Source: a virus. Taken from it: a stretch of DNA of 64,000 nt. The notes beneath the pieces were generated by a model. The model searched no databases and was not told the origin of the DNA. It worked only from the letters and a program-made list of their open reading frames with translations. Where the stretch lies: IMG/VR virus record IMGVR_UViG_3300029989_000016, positions 3,349 through 67,348 of that record. The stretch is one strand, 5' to 3'. Shown here piece after piece: positions 29,160 to 38,754 of the stretch. Within the stretch, counting starts at the first letter, position 1, and every line of letters starts with the position of its first letter. The position numbers and the translations under genes were made by a program.

Positions 29160-30535
29160 TCAAAGAAGCCTTTAGCGGCGCGCTTCGGAATAATCATGGC
29201 CATAATGAACCCATCCGCGACGTTAGGGCTATGGATTCCACGGGCGCGCAAGTCTTTTTTGCTTTCAACTTTGAACCTTCCGTTTCCGTCAGCATCCTTG
29301 CGCGGCGCGGATAGTTCTATCTTCAGCTGATCCAGAAGTTTTTCCGGGAACGTCGCGCTATCGATGCTGATGCATTCGTCTCGCGGGTGTTGGATTCCAA
29401 GCGTAATTAGCTCGTGCGTTTTGCGGAAACGGGTGGCGACTTGATCCCAGTAATATGCCTTTGCATTCGCAAAATGGTCTTGGTTCAAAATCTTGATATG
29501 CGGCAGTTCCATGTAGACCGCTTTAGGCTCTGGAACACCGCCGCCCGCGTTGAACGGCTCGTAATCGATTTCCAGTTCGCGGGCGTTATTTAGCTCCTTG
29601 AACTTCGATCCGGCGTGTGCGCCGACGCCGATAGAATCCCATGTAATCTTGGCGCCCATAATGACGGCCCGGTTATAGACGCGAGTGCAGGAAAGCAATA
29701 ATTCATCCTCCTGCCCTTCCCATTCTTCGGCCCCGGTTACGACGTTCCCCTGAGCCTCTACCGTCGCGTTTGCATCCTCGCCATCGTCCGCCACGTCGAA
29801 GCCTATCGTTTTTAGTCCGACTTTCTCCCACCCGTATTCTGCATGTTTGTGGGCATCAACCGCTGCCAGGATATAGGACAGATTAATTACTGACTTATCG
29901 CTGCCTGTCTTCGGCACGCCGCCATATACGTGCTCTGCCCGCTTTGGGTCATCCTTGTACATTTTGCGGATAATCTTTAGCATCGTCTCGGACAGCCACG
30001 GGTTTGAGTCCCAGTTTACGTGGCAAGTAATCGTATCCGCCTGCTTTTTGACTACGAAGTGATTATAGATAAAATCTGTCTGGTCGTCAGGGTTAAAGAT
30101 CATCCAGATTTCGGAATTCTCGTTACGTATGGTAGGCTCGATTACGTCCCACTCGTCCTGCGATAGTTGCGCGGCCTCTTCCAGCCAGCAGATGTCTACG
30201 CCCTCCAAGGAGCGGATTTCGGCAAGGTTGCGCGCAGTGCCCATGAAGATGAAATGGGAGCCGGTAACTTTGTGCCGTATCTCCGTCTTGAGTACGTCGA
30301 ATTCGTGGGCGCGGCCAGATGCGTTAATCTTTGCAACTAGCAGGGCGTACACCGAATCACTAATCTTGTTCTGGAACTTACGGGCGCATAGAAATTTTAG
30401 CTTATAGTTAGAGGCGAGGTAGATGGCAAAGCCCGCCGCGTCGTGGCTCTTGCTGGACGCCCGGCCCCCGTAAAGCACCTTGTTACGGGCCTTGGTGGTC
30501 CAGAACCATTGCAGTTTAGGGTTTAATTCGTACAT
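29156..30535 (-). CDS. terL: Terminase large subunit (PBSX-like)
   Basis: VLYGGRASSKSH (Walker A), WLEEA (Walker B), GFDVADDGED, WDSIGVG, SPNVAD nuclease motifs. Confidence 0.93.
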   Translation of the reverse strand: MYELNPKLQWFWTTKARNKVLYGGRASSKSHDAAGFAIYLASNYKLKFLCARKFQNKISDSVYALLVAKINASGRAHEFDVLKTEIRHKVTGSHFIFMGTARNLAEIRSLEGVDICWLEEAAQLSQDEWDVIEPTIRNENSEIWMIFNPDDQTDFIYNHFVVKKQADTITCHVNWDSNPWLSETMLKIIRKMYKDDPKRAEHVYGGVPKTGSDKSVINLSYILAAVDAHKHAEYGWEKVGLKTIGFDVADDGEDANATVEAQGNVVTGAEEWEGQEDELLLSCTRVYNRAVIMGAKITWDSIGVGAHAGSKFKELNNARELEIDYEPFNAGGGVPEPKAVYMELPHIKILNQDHFANAKAYYWDQVATRFRKTHELITLGIQHPRDECISIDSATFPEKLLDQLKIELSAPRKDADGNGRFKVESKKDLRARGIHSPNVADGFIMAMIIPKRAAKGFFD

Positions 30536-30747
30536 TAGCGCGCAGTCGTTCGATTATAGGTGCGCCGATTATAGCCTACGGGCCGCGAAAGTATGCTAGG
30601 AATGTTTCTAAGTGTTCGTTTTCCCATGTCGAAAATTATTTTACATATTTCGTGAAAAGGCGCTTGCTTTATACTTCGAAATACCTCATAATACTTGTAT
30701 GCGCTGAACGAGGCGCACAACCAGAAAGCTTAGAAAGAGTAAATACC

Positions 30748-31422
30748 ATGAACATCGACCAAGTTAAAACCGCAACCTTCGCCGAACTGATCGCCTTCGT
30801 CCAAGACGAAACCACCTCCACCGTTACGCTGGTCGCAGTTCATAACGAACTCAATCCAGAAAAGCCGGTAAAAAAATTCGCAACGCGTGGCAAAGCAGTA
30901 GAACGCGTGATGGCTCTGATCGCAGCAGAGCAAGCGGAAGAAGAGGCCGCAGACGCAGCAGCAGAGGCCGCAGAAAAAGCCAAGTCGGCAATGGGCGTTT
31001 CGATCGTAGTGGTAGAATCCGCCACCCCGGTAATCTCCGAAGAATTCGATGCAGACTCCGACGCCGCTTTGAAGCAAGCTAAAGCAATGGAGGCATCCCC
31101 GGACTTCGCGCAATTGCTCAAAAAAGCAAGTGCTTCCGGCAATGCCTCTAATTCGGCAGGCGTCGCCGCAAGCTGGTTGATTGCTGACGTCGCAGCGGCT
31201 CGCAAAGTCCGCAACGGCGTTTCGGTGACTTTCAACGGCGAGACGACGGAGCATAAATCTGTCAACGCGGCTTTCCTCTACTACGGCCTGACCGATACCA
31301 AGCACATTCGTTTCCGCGCAGAACTGAAAGCAGCAGGCGCAAAGGTCTACACGGAAACTATGGCTAAGAATGCAAAAGGCGATTACGCTTTCGTCGTTCT
31401 GGCCTCCAAACCGGCTGAATAA
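30748..31422 (+). CDS. Hypothetical Ala/Glu-rich early protein
   Basis: TTGCTT...CATAAT promoter-like sequence upstream; strong codon bias; VKKFATRGKAVER and KHIRFRAELK. Confidence 0.75.
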   Translation: MNIDQVKTATFAELIAFVQDETTSTVTLVAVHNELNPEKPVKKFATRGKAVERVMALIAAEQAEEEAADAAAEAAEKAKSAMGVSIVVVESATPVISEEFDADSDAALKQAKAMEASPDFAQLLKKASASGNASNSAGVAASWLIADVAAARKVRNGVSVTFNGETTEHKSVNAAFLYYGLTDTKHIRFRAELKAAGAKVYTETMAKNAKGDYAFVVLASKPAE

Positions 31423-31634
31423 TGGCTGCGCCTATCCTCGATAGGCCGACCAGTAACCCGCGCTGCATCAAGCGGGTTAAATGCGAACCTAGCTTAACGC
31501 AAATCGAAAAGGGCGCACGGGTTTTTCTGGATCAAGAATGCCCGATACTGCGCACCCTTAATATCAAAGAACGCCGCGCCCTTGCGGAAGAAATTTACCG
31601 TGCAATGGTCGGTAATCCACCGGAGAAAATCTAA
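31422..31634 (+). CDS. Hypothetical protein
   Basis: TAATG coupling on both sides. Confidence 0.65.
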   Translation: MAAPILDRPTSNPRCIKRVKCEPSLTQIEKGARVFLDQECPILRTLNIKERRALAEEIYRAMVGNPPEKI

Positions 31635-31834
31635 TGAAGAAGGCATTGCTTAAATCTTGGTGCCTGTTCCTCGCGCTCGTACTGGTCGCGTGCGTTGCGA
31701 CAGGCGCAGTGCTGTGGGTAATCGCAAGCAAATTGGCTAACGTCTGCGCATACTATGAGATATTCGTTGCAGTCACCGTGGGCGTGGCGTCTGAAATCTA
31801 TCACGCAACTTCTGGGGAATATTATGAAGAATAA
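31634..31834 (+). CDS. Small membrane protein
   Basis: Two hydrophobic segments, coupled start. Confidence 0.6.
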   Translation: MKKALLKSWCLFLALVLVACVATGAVLWVIASKLANVCAYYEIFVAVTVGVASEIYHATSGEYYEE

Positions 31835-32057
31835 ATTTATTTTCGCGGCATGCGTCGCAACCGTAATACTTTCATTGCTCGTTGCAGTCCACATATACGA
31901 ATTCGTCCATTCTTTGGACGATCAGATCGTTGAGTCGTTCATCGTAAAGCCTATCGCCGCTATTTCTGCAATTTTCTTCATTGTCGTCCCGGTGGCTAAT
32001 TGGCTGTTCAAAAAAGTTACCGGCGAATCGTTTTTCAAAAGTAAGAAGGGGCAATAA
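31824..32057 (+). CDS. Small membrane protein
   Basis: Two TM segments, basic C-terminus. Confidence 0.6.
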   Translation: MKNKFIFAACVATVILSLLVAVHIYEFVHSLDDQIVESFIVKPIAAISAIFFIVVPVANWLFKKVTGESFFKSKKGQ

Positions 32058-32542
32058 TGGCACGCGCAAACTCAAAAGAGCGAGTTATTGAATTCGTACT
32101 GGCGCAGCCTCATCGCATTAGCGCGACCTGCCTCACTATGCATAAAACTTTGAACTCGCATACGTTCATTTACGACGATAAGCCTAACGGCATCTACCGT
32201 GAGCGCGTCGTTCCGCAAAAGTATCTCAGCAATCTCGATCTGGACGAGTGGATCGCGTTGGGCGTCTCGTTCGTTTCCGCCATCGGCGAAGAACTCGCCG
32301 CGCAATCCTTGAACCGTCTTTCGGGCATTGCGAAGGCTTCACGAGACGCGCTAGGCACGGGCGTTTCGTTCGATCTGGGCGAGCGTATTGCCCGGCTTTA
32401 TAGCCGTCTGGAAGGGGCCAATATCAATCTTGTCAAATGCGATCCGCGAGACGAGCAGATGTGGATTGACCGAAAGACAGAGGCGTGCGAGGCGCTTTTC
32501 GCAATCGGCATCCAGGTTATCGGCTACGAATACGGAAAATAA
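32057..32542 (+). CDS. Hypothetical protein
   Basis: Coupled ORF in + strand operon. Confidence 0.65.
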   Translation: MARANSKERVIEFVLAQPHRISATCLTMHKTLNSHTFIYDDKPNGIYRERVVPQKYLSNLDLDEWIALGVSFVSAIGEELAAQSLNRLSGIAKASRDALGTGVSFDLGERIARLYSRLEGANINLVKCDPRDEQMWIDRKTEACEALFAIGIQVIGYEYGK

Positions 32543-32615
32543 TTCACTATCCTTTCTGGAAATGCTTTATAATTCTTTTACTGACTAACCGGTCAGCGTC
32601 TAGAAAGGAATAGAA

Positions 32616-32849
32616 ATGAAGTTGACAAACTCAAATGTTTTCGCAGAAACGGTAATGTACTATAACCGTATGCAGTTCTGGACTGAATTTGCATACGTGG
32701 TCGAAAGCGTTCGCGGCGTTCGCGGCGTTCGCGGCGACAAGCGCGTACAGGGCGGCATAGTGGGCTGGCCGGAATGCCGAAGCCTGCCGCACATGCCAGC
32801 GTGGCAGCGTATGTATTGCAATAATCTGGCGCGACATCCTACGCTGTAA
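32616..32849 (+). CDS. Hypothetical protein with VRG x3 repeat
   Basis: TATAAT and AGAAAGGAA RBS upstream. Confidence 0.6.
   Translation: MKLTNSNVFAETVMYYNRMQFWTEFAYVVESVRGVRGVRGDKRVQGGIVGWPECRSLPHMPAWQRMYCNNLARHPTL
32707..32736. repeat. 9-bp tandem repeat (GCGTTCGCG) x3.3
   Basis: Read directly; in frame. Confidence 0.85.
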
Positions 32850-32895
32850 TAATTAAAACCGGGCGGCGAAGGTCGCCCTTATCGGAGAATATAGA

Positions 32896-33198
32896 ATGGA
32901 TAAGAAAGAAAAGAAAATGACGCCCTTTGTAATGGGCCACTGCCGCGACGCGGCAGAAAAGCTGGATGCCTGCATTTTCTCTGATGATATGCTTGCAGGC
33001 GCGCAAGGACGCGACGCCCTGAGCGCCTATATCAAGCGCTGGAAGAAGGCAATTAAAACTGCTGAATCCAGCAGCGTATCCGACCTGCGCGATGATGTCG
33101 AACGGCTCAACAAGGCGCTTGACTTTGCGTTCAATCAGCTGCCAGTCCACGGAGAAGCGCGTAAGCATGTTACGAGACTACGCGAGGACGTTCTGTGA
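32896..33198 (+). CDS. Hypothetical protein
   Basis: GGAG RBS; coupled to the next gene. Confidence 0.65.
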   Translation: MDKKEKKMTPFVMGHCRDAAEKLDACIFSDDMLAGAQGRDALSAYIKRWKKAIKTAESSSVSDLRDDVERLNKALDFAFNQLPVHGEARKHVTRLREDVL

Positions 33199-33404
33199 AA
33201 GACCCAATTACATCCGGTGCGATCAGCGCCCTGTTCCTCTTCGTCGGAATAGCGGCTGGCAGCCAGCTGCACAAAATTAACCAGACGCTGCCGACTGCGC
33301 CGCCTGCCCTCGTCGTATCGATCAGCGGCCCGCAAGGCCCGGTGTCTATGAACTGCTTCATGGCCGCATCTCCTATGAAGGAAAATGAAAATGCAAGTAA
33401 GTAA
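33195..33404 (+). CDS. Hypothetical membrane-anchored protein
   Basis: GTGA overlap, N-terminal hydrophobic segment. Confidence 0.5.
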   Translation: MKDPITSGAISALFLFVGIAAGSQLHKINQTLPTAPPALVVSISGPQGPVSMNCFMAASPMKENENASK

Positions 33405-33579
33405 AATGGAAAACAAGCCGCGAATTGCCATGATCAATGGCAAGTTCGAAGCGATCTATAGCGGCCCTATCCCTGGCATGGTGCTGCTGCATGTGGTAAA
33501 TCTGGTGTACGCCCTTAACTTCGCCCGAATGATGGAAGCAATTGCGTCAGAAAGCGACGTAATTGTACTGGCGGCGTAA
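33385..33579 (+). CDS. Hypothetical protein
   Basis: AAGGA RBS; coupled to the next ORF. Confidence 0.5.
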   Translation: MKMQVSKMENKPRIAMINGKFEAIYSGPIPGMVLLHVVNLVYALNFARMMEAIASESDVIVLAA

Positions 33580-34331
33580 TGGCTAAGAAACCGAACGTCA
33601 TCGCGGGCATCGTATCACTAAAGCCGTCTGCATCGCCGGAGATTATTTCTGATCTGGTTAAGCTGCACGATGATAAAAAGATAGTCTCTGGCGGGTGTCG
33701 TGGCGGTAAGTCGATGGCCGCTAAGGGATATGAGCGCACCGTAAGCGAACATCTTGCACGGTCGTTCCAGCTTTCCACGCCAGGATTGCCTGCGCGTTAC
33801 GGAATGCTTAACGACCGTGGCCCGGTAGTTTGCGGCATTGGGCCGACGTTCACGAATATGGCAAATGCAGTCTGGGCGCAAAAGAGCCGCGAGGATATTC
33901 TCGCGGATATCAATCTAGGAAAGGAGTTTTTGATGAAAGAATCAAATTGGCTTAACGATAATGCCGCTACGGCGCAGCGCCTTAATTCGGAAGCTCTGGA
34001 GTCGCAGGCGGCTGAGCACGCCGAATACCTTAAGAGCCTGGGCCGTGCGCCTTCATACGGACACGTTGTAGTGCAAATCGGCACGCCGCCCGCAAGCTGC
34101 TCTGTTGCCGAGCGCTACGGAGTCGCCTATATTAATGACCAGCTTCGGGCCTTGCGTCTGGACCACTGGAAGAAGCACGGCGAGTGGCGAGATATCCAGT
34201 ATATGTTCGGTATGGATGCTGCGGTGATCGAAAACGCGCGAAATATGGCCGAATGGCATCTTAAGGCCGTCCAGACGCTCAACAGCATCGTAACCGGAAC
34301 CGCCGAACAGGACGATGCGGCAGTCGCCTGA
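33579..34331 (+). CDS. Hypothetical mosaic protein
   Basis: TAATG coupling; 250 aa. Confidence 0.7.
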   Translation: MAKKPNVIAGIVSLKPSASPEIISDLVKLHDDKKIVSGGCRGGKSMAAKGYERTVSEHLARSFQLSTPGLPARYGMLNDRGPVVCGIGPTFTNMANAVWAQKSREDILADINLGKEFLMKESNWLNDNAATAQRLNSEALESQAAEHAEYLKSLGRAPSYGHVVVQIGTPPASCSVAERYGVAYINDQLRALRLDHWKKHGEWRDIQYMFGMDAAVIENARNMAEWHLKAVQTLNSIVTGTAEQDDAAVA

Positions 34332-34413
34332 ATCGCAGGGAAAACGTAGTACGTTAATCCCTATCTTGGAGACTTCCTGGGCAATATAATTATGCTTCTT
34401 AACGGGAGGCATA

Positions 34414-34602
34414 ATGGCAAATACGCCCATAGAAATTTTGGTGGACGCGCAGAAGGCGATAGGAGGCGCACTATCGATTGACCGGCAATTATTCGTTAGC
34501 GAGCATTATTTGAGTCTGGTGGAATTCCTTTCCAGCGACAGGGGCCGGGCGTCGGTGGTTCTTTTCGTTGACGCATGGCGAGCGCATAAAACCGATACAT
34601 AA
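34414..34602 (+). CDS. Hypothetical protein
   Basis: TATAAT and GGGAGG RBS upstream; ends at a terminator. Confidence 0.7.
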   Translation: MANTPIEILVDAQKAIGGALSIDRQLFVSEHYLSLVEFLSSDRGRASVVLFVDAWRAHKTDT

Positions 34603-34603
34603 C

Positions 34604-34633
34604 AAAAGGCCCACTAGCGATAGTGGGCCTTTT
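34604..34633. terminator. Bidirectional rho-independent terminator
   Basis: AAAAGGCCCACTA-GCGA-TAGTGGGCCTTTT. Confidence 0.88.
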
Positions 34634-34742
34634 CTATTGCGCTATGCTAGATGCCTGCAATGATGACGCATCTTGGCAATATCGCTGATGAGTTCGTTGA
34701 CTGCGGCAAAAACTTGTCTTTCGAACTCATCAATTTCGTGCG

Positions 34743-35792
34743 CTAGGTACGCACGTTCACAGGGTTCGCAGTCTGCGCGCCGGTCGTCGTCGCGCCGGTA
34801 TTTCCGATGATCATGTTGCTGTTCGTCGCCACGGCGTTTTGCAAACCCGCTACCACTGCCGCAAGCTGGTTAAAGCCGACAACCAGTTGTTGCTGTTGTT
34901 GCTGCGCCTGGGCTTGGGCTTGGTTCTGGTTGACGTTCTGGGTGACCGTGACTTCAACTTCACGCTGGCGACCCAACAGGCGATCTTCCAGTCCACGAGA
35001 TTCGGCAATTGTCAATTGACGTTGCAGGTTCGCATCGTTGATCGACTGGATCAGGGCGCGGGTTTTGTCGCCATCGTTGTTGACGACTTGACTGAGAGCG
35101 TAGGTGTTTTGCACCATTGCCGTACCCAGATTTGCCACGGCCAGATTGGTCGCTGCCGAAGTGGCGTTAACGGTATCCTTCACCGTTTCCCCTACTGCGA
35201 TGATGCCAGCCGTTGCCGTCGAAATTGCAGAATTCGTGTTGGCGAATCCCTGGATGTTCGAAATGGCATAGGCGCTCGCCTGACCAGAAAGGGCAGCTTG
35301 CGCACCGGCAAGCGCCAGCTGTACTTGGCCTTCGTTGTATGGAATGGCGGCTTCGATGCGGCCCAATTGCGACATAACTGCCGTGTTGTTCGCCGATTCC
35401 GTTACGCCTGCAAGGGCTGCTGTCAGTTGCGTCGGCGTTACGCAGCCCTCGACAGGGCCGACGCCGCGACCGTCGTTACCAAGCAGTCCGCGACCACCCA
35501 GGAGCGCCCCGCCCAGCACGCCGCCGAGCAGACCAGCACCCAGGCCCGCGCCAGCGCCTGCACCCGCACCGCTTACGCCGTTACCGCCCATCATCATCGG
35601 CAGCATTGCGCCCATGGGATTCGTTTCGAAAATGTTTTTTACGTTTACTGGTTCCGTCATTTCTTGTGCCTCTTTCGTTTGATTTTCATGCGTTTGCGCG
35701 GCTACCTGCGTGCCTGGAACTTCCCGGCTTTCGTAATGCGATTTGTGCGCAATTTGCGAATGAACGGGCATTTCTTGCTCATGTATTTCCAT
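34743..35792 (-). CDS. Gly/Ala/Gln-rich coiled-coil protein of unknown function
   Basis: AAGGAG RBS; glycine zipper GAGLGAGLLGGVLGGALLGG, NDGDKTRALI, poly-Q tract. Confidence 0.8.
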   Translation of the reverse strand: MEIHEQEMPVHSQIAHKSHYESREVPGTQVAAQTHENQTKEAQEMTEPVNVKNIFETNPMGAMLPMMMGGNGVSGAGAGAGAGLGAGLLGGVLGGALLGGRGLLGNDGRGVGPVEGCVTPTQLTAALAGVTESANNTAVMSQLGRIEAAIPYNEGQVQLALAGAQAALSGQASAYAISNIQGFANTNSAISTATAGIIAVGETVKDTVNATSAATNLAVANLGTAMVQNTYALSQVVNNDGDKTRALIQSINDANLQRQLTIAESRGLEDRLLGRQREVEVTVTQNVNQNQAQAQAQQQQQQLVVGFNQLAAVVAGLQNAVATNSNMIIGNTGATTTGAQTANPVNVRT

Positions 35793-35862
35793 TAAAATTC
35801 TCCTTAATCGCTAAGGCGACGCTTAATAATAACCTTCAGAACGTAATGCGAAATGGGGATAT

Positions 35863-36072
35863 ATGCAGGACGAAATTAAGAGCGTGGGACGACCTAGGAT
35901 CAATAGTGACCAGGATTTCGCTCTAGATAATTACAATGCCAGGATAATGGCGCGGCAGGCCCGCAAGGCGAGGCGAATAGGTAACGGCAATCTGTCGGAG
36001 GGTATCCGAATCGTGATAGATGCATACGACGAATCGGCCACGAAGCAAGGTGACGACGCGTTGCCGAAGTAG
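35863..36072 (+). CDS. Small DNA-binding protein (ribbon-helix-helix-like)
   Basis: VGRPR followed by A.RIGNGNLSEGIR motif; divergent from the Gly/Gln-rich gene. Confidence 0.6.
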   Translation: MQDEIKSVGRPRINSDQDFALDNYNARIMARQARKARRIGNGNLSEGIRIVIDAYDESATKQGDDALPK

Positions 36073-36118
36073 TTGATATCGGGCATACTATTTACTCTAA
36101 CCATGATGAGGAATTAGT

Positions 36119-36313
36119 ATGATACATGCACCAAAAACGTTGACTGAGGTGATGTTATGGCATAGCAATAACGCCGTGGCATTGCAGATCGCAGCGCAAG
36201 AAATTTTCGACAATCCAAAGTGCATGCCGTACGATCTGAAGTCGGGCAAGGATAAGCAGGAAATGTCCAGGTTCCATATGGCCGCTGCCGAGTTGATCCA
36301 GAAAAGTATTTAA
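36119..36313 (+). CDS. Hypothetical protein
   Basis: GAGGA RBS. Confidence 0.6.
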   Translation: MIHAPKTLTEVMLWHSNNAVALQIAAQEIFDNPKCMPYDLKSGKDKQEMSRFHMAAAELIQKSI

Positions 36314-36410
36314 TTAATTCCACTATAGCCCTTCCCTTTCCATTAAGGGTGGGCTATAATTCTTTGTATCGGCGCTTCGCAGGCCGCAACTAGACGAGAA
36401 TGGAAATAAA

Positions 36411-36638
36411 ATGACTTTGACTGAGCGCCATCAAGTCTACCTTGCCCGCAGAATCTGCCGGGCGGAGGATCAGGCCAAGTTCATCCGAAAGAATAAAGTC
36501 CAGATGACGCCTTTCCTGCTGGAGCTTATCGAAGCCCTTCCGCGCCTTCTGAATCTTCACTGCATCGCCCTTGCCGAAGCAATCGCCGTAGCGCAATGCG
36601 GCGGAAGTCCAAACCGTTTTAACAACCCAAAGGAGTAA
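36411..36638 (+). CDS. Hypothetical protein
   Basis: Promoter-like TATAAT and GAGAATGGAAATAAA leader. Confidence 0.65.
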   Translation: MTLTERHQVYLARRICRAEDQAKFIRKNKVQMTPFLLELIEALPRLLNLHCIALAEAIAVAQCGGSPNRFNNPKE

Positions 36639-36642
36639 CGCC

Positions 36643-37470
36643 ATGGATCGCCCTTATTTCTCCGCTGAAGCAATTTTGATTGAAATGTTCGGAACTATCG
36701 AACACGTATCCAGAAAGCGCATCGAAGATCGTGCGTCCGAATGGTCGGACGCAAGCTTTCTTGAGCATTGCAAAGAGCGCGACCCGGTAAGGTATTCGGC
36801 TGCGATTACGCGCTTGAAAGACCCCGCACGCGACACACGAGAATCGATGGACTCTAACGTCCAGTTCGCATTCACGGCGCAGCAAATCCTGGCCGTGATG
36901 TTCGGTGCTATCGGAATCGATAAGGCGAAGGCTCGCAACGGCTGCGCGATCTATACGGATGAGGATTTTGTGGACTACATGCGCTCCTACGCACCTAGCA
37001 AATATAAGGCGGCTATCGACTGGCTGGACACTCAGCTGGATGCCGCCAACGGGATCGTTAAGGCACAGCCCGCTATTAAGGGCGGCAAGATCATAGTGGA
37101 TATCGCGCCGGTCGTAGGAACCGCCGAACAGATCGATATCAGCCGCGCCGTTATGCGACAGCGGGCATTCATAGACACTCCTACGTCGAACGCAGCGCAA
37201 TACCCTGACCGTCCTGCACCGGTAATCGCCGGTAAAATGGACGCCATGAGCGATCAAATGGCGGCATTCGTTGACGCGCTGTCGGCGATGGAATCCGCGC
37301 TTACGGTCGTGCTGCGTCCTAGTGACGTTACGGTGCAGACGGGCGATACAGGCCCGATCCCTCCGAAGCCCTCGCAATCTGCCGTCGCGCATTCCCTGGA
37401 CGATCTTATCGGGCAGTGTAAGCGCGCAACGAATTACGTGATCGAGCTTACGGATCGCATCGAAGTATAG
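36643..37470 (+). CDS. Hypothetical protein with internal duplicated domain
   Basis: FSAEAILIEMFG...SDASFLEHCKERDPVRYSAAI repeated as FTAQQILAVMFG...TDEDFVDYMRSYAPSKYKAAI. Confidence 0.75.
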   Translation: MDRPYFSAEAILIEMFGTIEHVSRKRIEDRASEWSDASFLEHCKERDPVRYSAAITRLKDPARDTRESMDSNVQFAFTAQQILAVMFGAIGIDKAKARNGCAIYTDEDFVDYMRSYAPSKYKAAIDWLDTQLDAANGIVKAQPAIKGGKIIVDIAPVVGTAEQIDISRAVMRQRAFIDTPTSNAAQYPDRPAPVIAGKMDAMSDQMAAFVDALSAMESALTVVLRPSDVTVQTGDTGPIPPKPSQSAVAHSLDDLIGQCKRATNYVIELTDRIEV

Positions 37471-37527
37471 ACGTAAATTATTTTCACTAAATACCCAGAA
37501 CGCAAAGCAATTCTGGGTATTTCCATA

Positions 37528-37572
37528 TATAATACTTGTATTGGAAGCAAACAGCCCTGGAGAAATAAAATG
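37528..37572 (+). promoter_or_regulatory. Repeated early promoter/leader element, copy 2
   Basis: TATAATACTTGTATTGGAAGCAAACA (26 nt identical to 38755) then CTGGAGAAATAAAATG. Confidence 0.75.
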
Positions 37573-37722
37573 AACAAGAACTTCAAATTCACCGTAGTCG
37601 ATAACGTAACCCGCCGCGCACGTCAAGTAACGGCAATCGCAAAAACCCAGAAGGCAGCGCAAACATACATCAACGAAGCATACAAAGGTTGCTCGTCGTG
37701 CTTCCTGTGTATCGAAGCTTAA
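37570..37722 (+). CDS. 50-aa protein (not in ORF track)
   Basis: MNKNFKFTVVDNVTRRARQVTAIAKTQKAAQTYINEAYKGCSSCFLCIEA; GGAG RBS behind the promoter repeat. Confidence 0.7.
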   Translation: MNKNFKFTVVDNVTRRARQVTAIAKTQKAAQTYINEAYKGCSSCFLCIEA

Positions 37723-37741
37723 TTAATAACCGAACTGGAGA

Positions 37742-37948
37742 ATGGAAATGCAAAGACTTACGACTATGGGTATAAGCGAAGGCAAAGCCACCGAAGCTAT
37801 CATGGACGCCTGCCGCGCCAACGAATCCCGCCAGCCAAAGGGCGGCGTAACGTTCATGCTCTGCGCAGACGGTAGCCATACGGCAGCACTGCGCGACGAA
37901 AACGGCATCGTCGTTGCTCTTGCGAACGTTGACGAATTCGATAACTGA
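37742..37948 (+). CDS. Hypothetical protein
   Basis: CTGGAGAATGGAAATG leader. Confidence 0.65.
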   Translation: MEMQRLTTMGISEGKATEAIMDACRANESRQPKGGVTFMLCADGSHTAALRDENGIVVALANVDEFDN

Positions 37949-37956
37949 TCTGGAGA

Positions 37957-38241
37957 ATGGAAATGGAAACTATCATCATAGCAGTCGGAGTTATGCCAGC
38001 CGAAGAAGAACACGATCTGCGCAAGCTTTCCCGCGATGCGCGGCAGGACTTAGTAAAGTCTCTGCGCGAGTCGGCTGACGTAAAGTTCACGGCCTACCAA
38101 CGCTGCACGCGGCAGGCGGGCGCATCGGACGACGTTTGCTCGATCCTTTACGGCGAATACCAGGATGCCGCAGCAAGGGCGCAGGCCGTCGCACGGATCG
38201 ACCACGAAATAATGAACCCGTGGGCTTATCCTAAGCTTTAA
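37957..38241 (+). CDS. Hypothetical protein
   Basis: Same CTGGAGAATGGAAATG leader. Confidence 0.65.
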   Translation: MEMETIIIAVGVMPAEEEHDLRKLSRDARQDLVKSLRESADVKFTAYQRCTRQAGASDDVCSILYGEYQDAAARAQAVARIDHEIMNPWAYPKL

Positions 38242-38243
38242 TT

Positions 38244-38277
38244 CCAAACTGCCCCGCACGACGGGGCTTTTCCAGTA
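38244..38277 (+). repeat. Repeated hairpin element Q, copy 2
   Basis: CCAAACTGCCCCGCACGACGGGGCTTTTCCAGTA. Confidence 0.65.
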
Positions 38278-38318
38278 AGAGGTCGCGCATTCCGTGCGGC
38301 ATTACTAGGATATCAAAA

Positions 38319-38702
38319 ATGAAAACGTTCCTCAAAGTCTCCATTGCAGCAGTTCTGGCCCTGTCGGTGGTCGGTTGCTCCAACGATGCTGACGTTGCAT
38401 CGAAAAATCTGTCGAAAGACGCGGACAACTTCAAAATCAATCGACGGGTGATCTTCTACAACGGCATTACCTCCGAGTATATGCTCAGTATCGAAGGGCT
38501 TTGCGCTCTGGATGCCGATTCCAGCCGCAAGATCACCGTCACCTGCAAGACCGGCAAGGATGAATACAAAAAGCACTACCTTGGCCTGTCGGATAACGTC
38601 ACTTACTTCATCGAACAGATGCAACCGGCCAAAGTCGGCGTACATTTCTACAAAGTAACGTTCAAGCCGTCCGTTATACTGCCGGATATCGAAGTTCGTT
38701 AA
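38319..38702 (+). CDS. Phage lipoprotein (widespread beta-rich family)
   Basis: Lipobox VVGC; ADVASKNLSKDADNFKINRRVIFYNGIT, YKKHYLGLSDNVTYFIEQ. Confidence 0.85.
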   Translation: MKTFLKVSIAAVLALSVVGCSNDADVASKNLSKDADNFKINRRVIFYNGITSEYMLSIEGLCALDADSSRKITVTCKTGKDEYKKHYLGLSDNVTYFIEQMQPAKVGVHFYKVTFKPSVILPDIEVR

Positions 38703-38754
38703 TTTATTTTCATAATTAGTGGAAATAATCCTTTGAGTTCCAGTTTGCCTCCTC

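Noticed and set aside
32707-32736. 9-bp tandem repeat as a phase-variation switch
   Set aside because: The unit is a multiple of 3, so copy changes keep the frame; only about 3 copies
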